Shown: in pieces, positions 33,339 to 35,463 of the stretch | How the letters are laid out: each line of letters begins with the position of its first letter | How positions within the stretch are numbered: position 1 is the stretch's first letter | From: a candidate division WOR-3 bacterium | Lineage (GTDB): Bacteria; Hydrothermota; Tepidihabitantia; Tepidihabitantales; Tepidihabitantaceae | Direction: 5' to 3' | Length of the DNA: 35,463 nt | Assembly: GCA_016935295.1 (NCBI GenBank) | Contig: JAFGRF010000326.1 | Coordinates: forward strand, 1-35,463 | The notes under the pieces: generated by a model | Told to the model about the DNA's origin: nothing | Database searches by the model: none | What the model saw: only the letters and a program-made list of their open reading frames with translations | Translations under genes and position numbers: made by a program

Positions 33339-33926
33339 CTATTTCCTCTGTGTCGGAGTGGCGTAGGATGAAGGCATCAGGCTTTCGCCGACCCGGACCG
33401 TACTGCGCTTGCCGAACGCCTCAATCTCAATGCGGTCCTGGCTGATCGAGACGACTCTCCGCCCGAGCACGAAATCGCCGACCTGCACTTTGCGGCTGTC
33501 AACCATTGCATAGCTCCCGCTCCCTGTGACGACAACCGCTCTCAGTACGTAGAGGTCCCGGCTCTTGCGGCTCGAACGGCTGCCGCGCCGCGACCTGGCC
33601 TGCTTCAACATCCGCTTCTTCGCCCGTTCCTGCCGCCTCAGTTCCTTCTTGCGGCGGCGCTCCTCGTCGCGGATCTGCTTTGCCTTCTGTTTGCGTTCCG
33701 CAGCCGTGCTCGCCTTGAGCCTGCCGGCTACCCTGCCGGAAGTCCGGCGGGTGCCGGCCGGGCGGACGGCGCCGGCGCTCGCACCTTGCGAACCACCGTA
33801 TTCACTCGTATCGGTCAGCGCGCTGGTGCTCTTCGGCCGTGCCTTGGTGCCCTTCGGCCGCAGCAGCATGTAGCCGGCGATGACCAGCACTGCGACCAGG
33901 ACTAGGACGAGTACAATCCTTCTCAT
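33339..33926 (-). CDS. second PilP-like protein with K/R-rich linker
   Basis: TM, a very basic linker (KQKAKQIRDEERRRKKELRRQERAKKR), and a C-terminal LRAVVVTGSGSYAMVDSRKVQVGDFVLGRRVVSISQDRIEI domain. Confidence 0.5.
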   Translation of the reverse strand: MRRIVLVLVLVAVLVIAGYMLLRPKGTKARPKSTSALTDTSEYGGSQGASAGAVRPAGTRRTSGRVAGRLKASTAAERKQKAKQIRDEERRRKKELRRQERAKKRMLKQARSRRGSRSSRKSRDLYVLRAVVVTGSGSYAMVDSRKVQVGDFVLGRRVVSISQDRIEIEAFGKRSTVRVGESLMPSSYATPTQRK

Positions 33927-34498
33927 AGCTTGCCACCCGTGGCCAGACTCGAAGCAACCAGGTTCACCAGCAGCTTGGCCTCGACCTCTGGGCGGATGTC
34001 CTCGCGCGCGGTGACTTCAAAATCCGGCACCCGCACGAAGTACGGGAACTTGTCGAGGCCCTCGACATACTGGCCGATGTCGATGTAGCGCCCCTGGACG
34101 GTCACGAAAAACGGCACGGTGCGCAGCGGCGCGGTCGGAGACTCCTGTTGCAGGAGCGTATCGAGTGACGGCGGGGCGATCTCGAGGAAACGAACCTTCC
34201 GGTCCGCTCCAAGCTGGGCCAGCTGCCTCAGCATCGATAGCATCTGCGAGCGCGGCACGACCCGCGCGATGAACTGGGCGTTGGCCTGCTGCAGTTCGGC
34301 CACCCGCTCGCGGAGATTGCCGATGCCCTTGACCCGGGCGCGCGTCTCATCGAGCTGCTTCTGCAACTGGACGGCCTGGGCGGAACTCTCCTGCCGGGCC
34401 TTCAGCCGCGGCTGGTACAGAAGGAACACCGCCGCGATGGCGAGCACCACGTAGACCGCCAGTCCGATAATCAGAACCCGTCTCTCAAGTAATGCCAT
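33923..34498 (-). CDS. pilO: PilO
   Basis: TM plus coiled coil plus ferredoxin-like C-terminus (TVPFFVTVQGRYIDIGQYVEGLDKFPYFVRV). Confidence 0.8.
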   Translation of the reverse strand: MALLERRVLIIGLAVYVVLAIAAVFLLYQPRLKARQESSAQAVQLQKQLDETRARVKGIGNLRERVAELQQANAQFIARVVPRSQMLSMLRQLAQLGADRKVRFLEIAPPSLDTLLQQESPTAPLRTVPFFVTVQGRYIDIGQYVEGLDKFPYFVRVPDFEVTAREDIRPEVEAKLLVNLVASSLATGGKL

Positions 34499-34501
34499 GG
34501 T

Positions 34502-35463
34502 TCACTCCGTTACGCACTGGATTTCGAACTCCAGGACCGATTCGCCCTGGAGCGTGCTTCGGTTCTTCGACACGAGCTGAACCTGCTGAAATCCGGGGCT
34601 GTTTTCGAGGTCAATCATGAACTGGGAGAGGTCGATGTCGAGCAGGAACGGATCGGCCGACACGACGCCCGTCATCTTCACGGTCTTCTGACCGGTGAGG
34701 GCCAGGGAGTTGAGCTGGATGTTGTCCGGCACGATGTGTGTGACTTCGGCCATCACCGGCACCGAGATAATCTGCTCGCCGACGACCGCGGTCAGACTCC
34801 GCTGCTTGGCCTCCATTTCCCTGACCTGGGCTTCGAGTGCGAAGTACTCCTTGTTCGCGTCCTCGGTCGCCTTCAGGTCCCGTTGCAGTCTGGTGACCTG
34901 CATCGCCGACGCCTGGGACCAGCCGGCCAGCAGAATGTAGACCACGATGAGGACCCCGATCCACAGTATGCCGCCGACCACCGCCAGCCGGATGTCCCGG
35001 GCGATGAACTTCCCGGTTTTCATCTCGACCGGCAGCAGGTCGACCGCTGTATGGTCGTAGCCCAGACCGAGCGCCGTCACCATCCGGTGTCCGAACTCGC
35101 CGTCCGGCGCCGTGCCCTTCTTGTAGAGCCCGGCTTCCTTGAACGGGTCGAACAACTGGGTGGTCACTCCGAGGCTCGTCTGGATGTACTCGCGCAGGCC
35201 CTTCATCGCCGCGGTGCCGCCGCAGAGCATCAGCCGGTCGATCTTCGTCTCGCCGAACTCGCGGCGGTAGTAGTCGATCGAACGGTTGATCTCGGCCACG
35301 AACCGCTCGAGGGCGGGACGCTGCAGCGTCGCCAGGCGCTTCACCATGATACCGGAAGGCATCCGCTCGGTGGAATCCTCCGACGGCAGCCCGTACTTCC
35401 GCTTCATGTTCTCGGCGTCGTAGGCGTCGAGCGCCAGCTGTCCCTCCTCGGTGGTGATGGCAA
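34502..35463 (-). CDS. pilMN: PilM-PilN fusion protein, 5-prime partial at the window edge
   Basis: The frame stays open to 35463. Actin-like PilM C-terminus (LMLCGGTAAMKGLREYIQTSLGV) continues into the PilN TM and periplasmic domain (DLLPVEMK...LAVVGGILWIGVLIVVYILLAGW). Confidence 0.8.
   Translation of the reverse strand, partial: AITTEEGQLALDAYDAENMKRKYGLPSEDSTERMPSGIMVKRLATLQRPALERFVAEINRSIDYYRREFGETKIDRLMLCGGTAAMKGLREYIQTSLGVTTQLFDPFKEAGLYKKGTAPDGEFGHRMVTALGLGYDHTAVDLLPVEMKTGKFIARDIRLAVVGGILWIGVLIVVYILLAGWSQASAMQVTRLQRDLKATEDANKEYFALEAQVREMEAKQRSLTAVVGEQIISVPVMAEVTHIVPDNIQLNSLALTGQKTVKMTGVVSADPFLLDIDLSQFMIDLENSPGFQQVQLVSKNRSTLQGESVLEFEIQCVTE

Overview
GC-rich bacterial (diderm) chromosomal window. 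I saw no rRNA, intact tRNA, CRISPR array or transposase. All protein calls rest on motif recognition by eye from the ORF track and the DNA, not on database searches. (1) Two paralogous OmpA-family genes (265-2238 and 20819-22786) lie on the same strand, share SD context and terminator hairpin, and bracket an ~18.5-kb block. (2) Inside the block sits a kaiC-kaiB-PAS/sigma54-activator operon (2587-6366). It has no kaiA, and its KaiC has a long coiled-coil tail. Downstream is what looks like the operon's own local regulon: ten -24/-12 promoters (TGGCAC-N5-xxGC) and thirteen copies of an 18-bp palindrome, TGTCTCC-N4-GGAGACA, at eight loci. Five loci are pairs, always 21 bp centre to centre. The promoters sit in front of a B12-radical SAM gene, two ATP-cone/KTSC modules, a lipoprotein, a Cys/Gly-rich RiPP-like peptide, csbD, a small OMP and other stress-type small proteins. 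Decayed copies of the activator 3-prime end (Fis-type HTH) precede several of these enhancer/promoter cassettes. (3) Accessory patches at 14.7-15.7 kb and 22.8-28.3 kb hold mazEF, a type II R-M pair, several gene remnants and ~75-bp direct repeats. (4) A 12-nt-period degenerate repeat array very rich in GANTC lies at ~28.6-28.95 kb. (5) A type IV pilus cluster (pilMN fusion, pilO, two pilP-like genes, pilQ, pilT, pilD) runs on the minus strand to the window edge.
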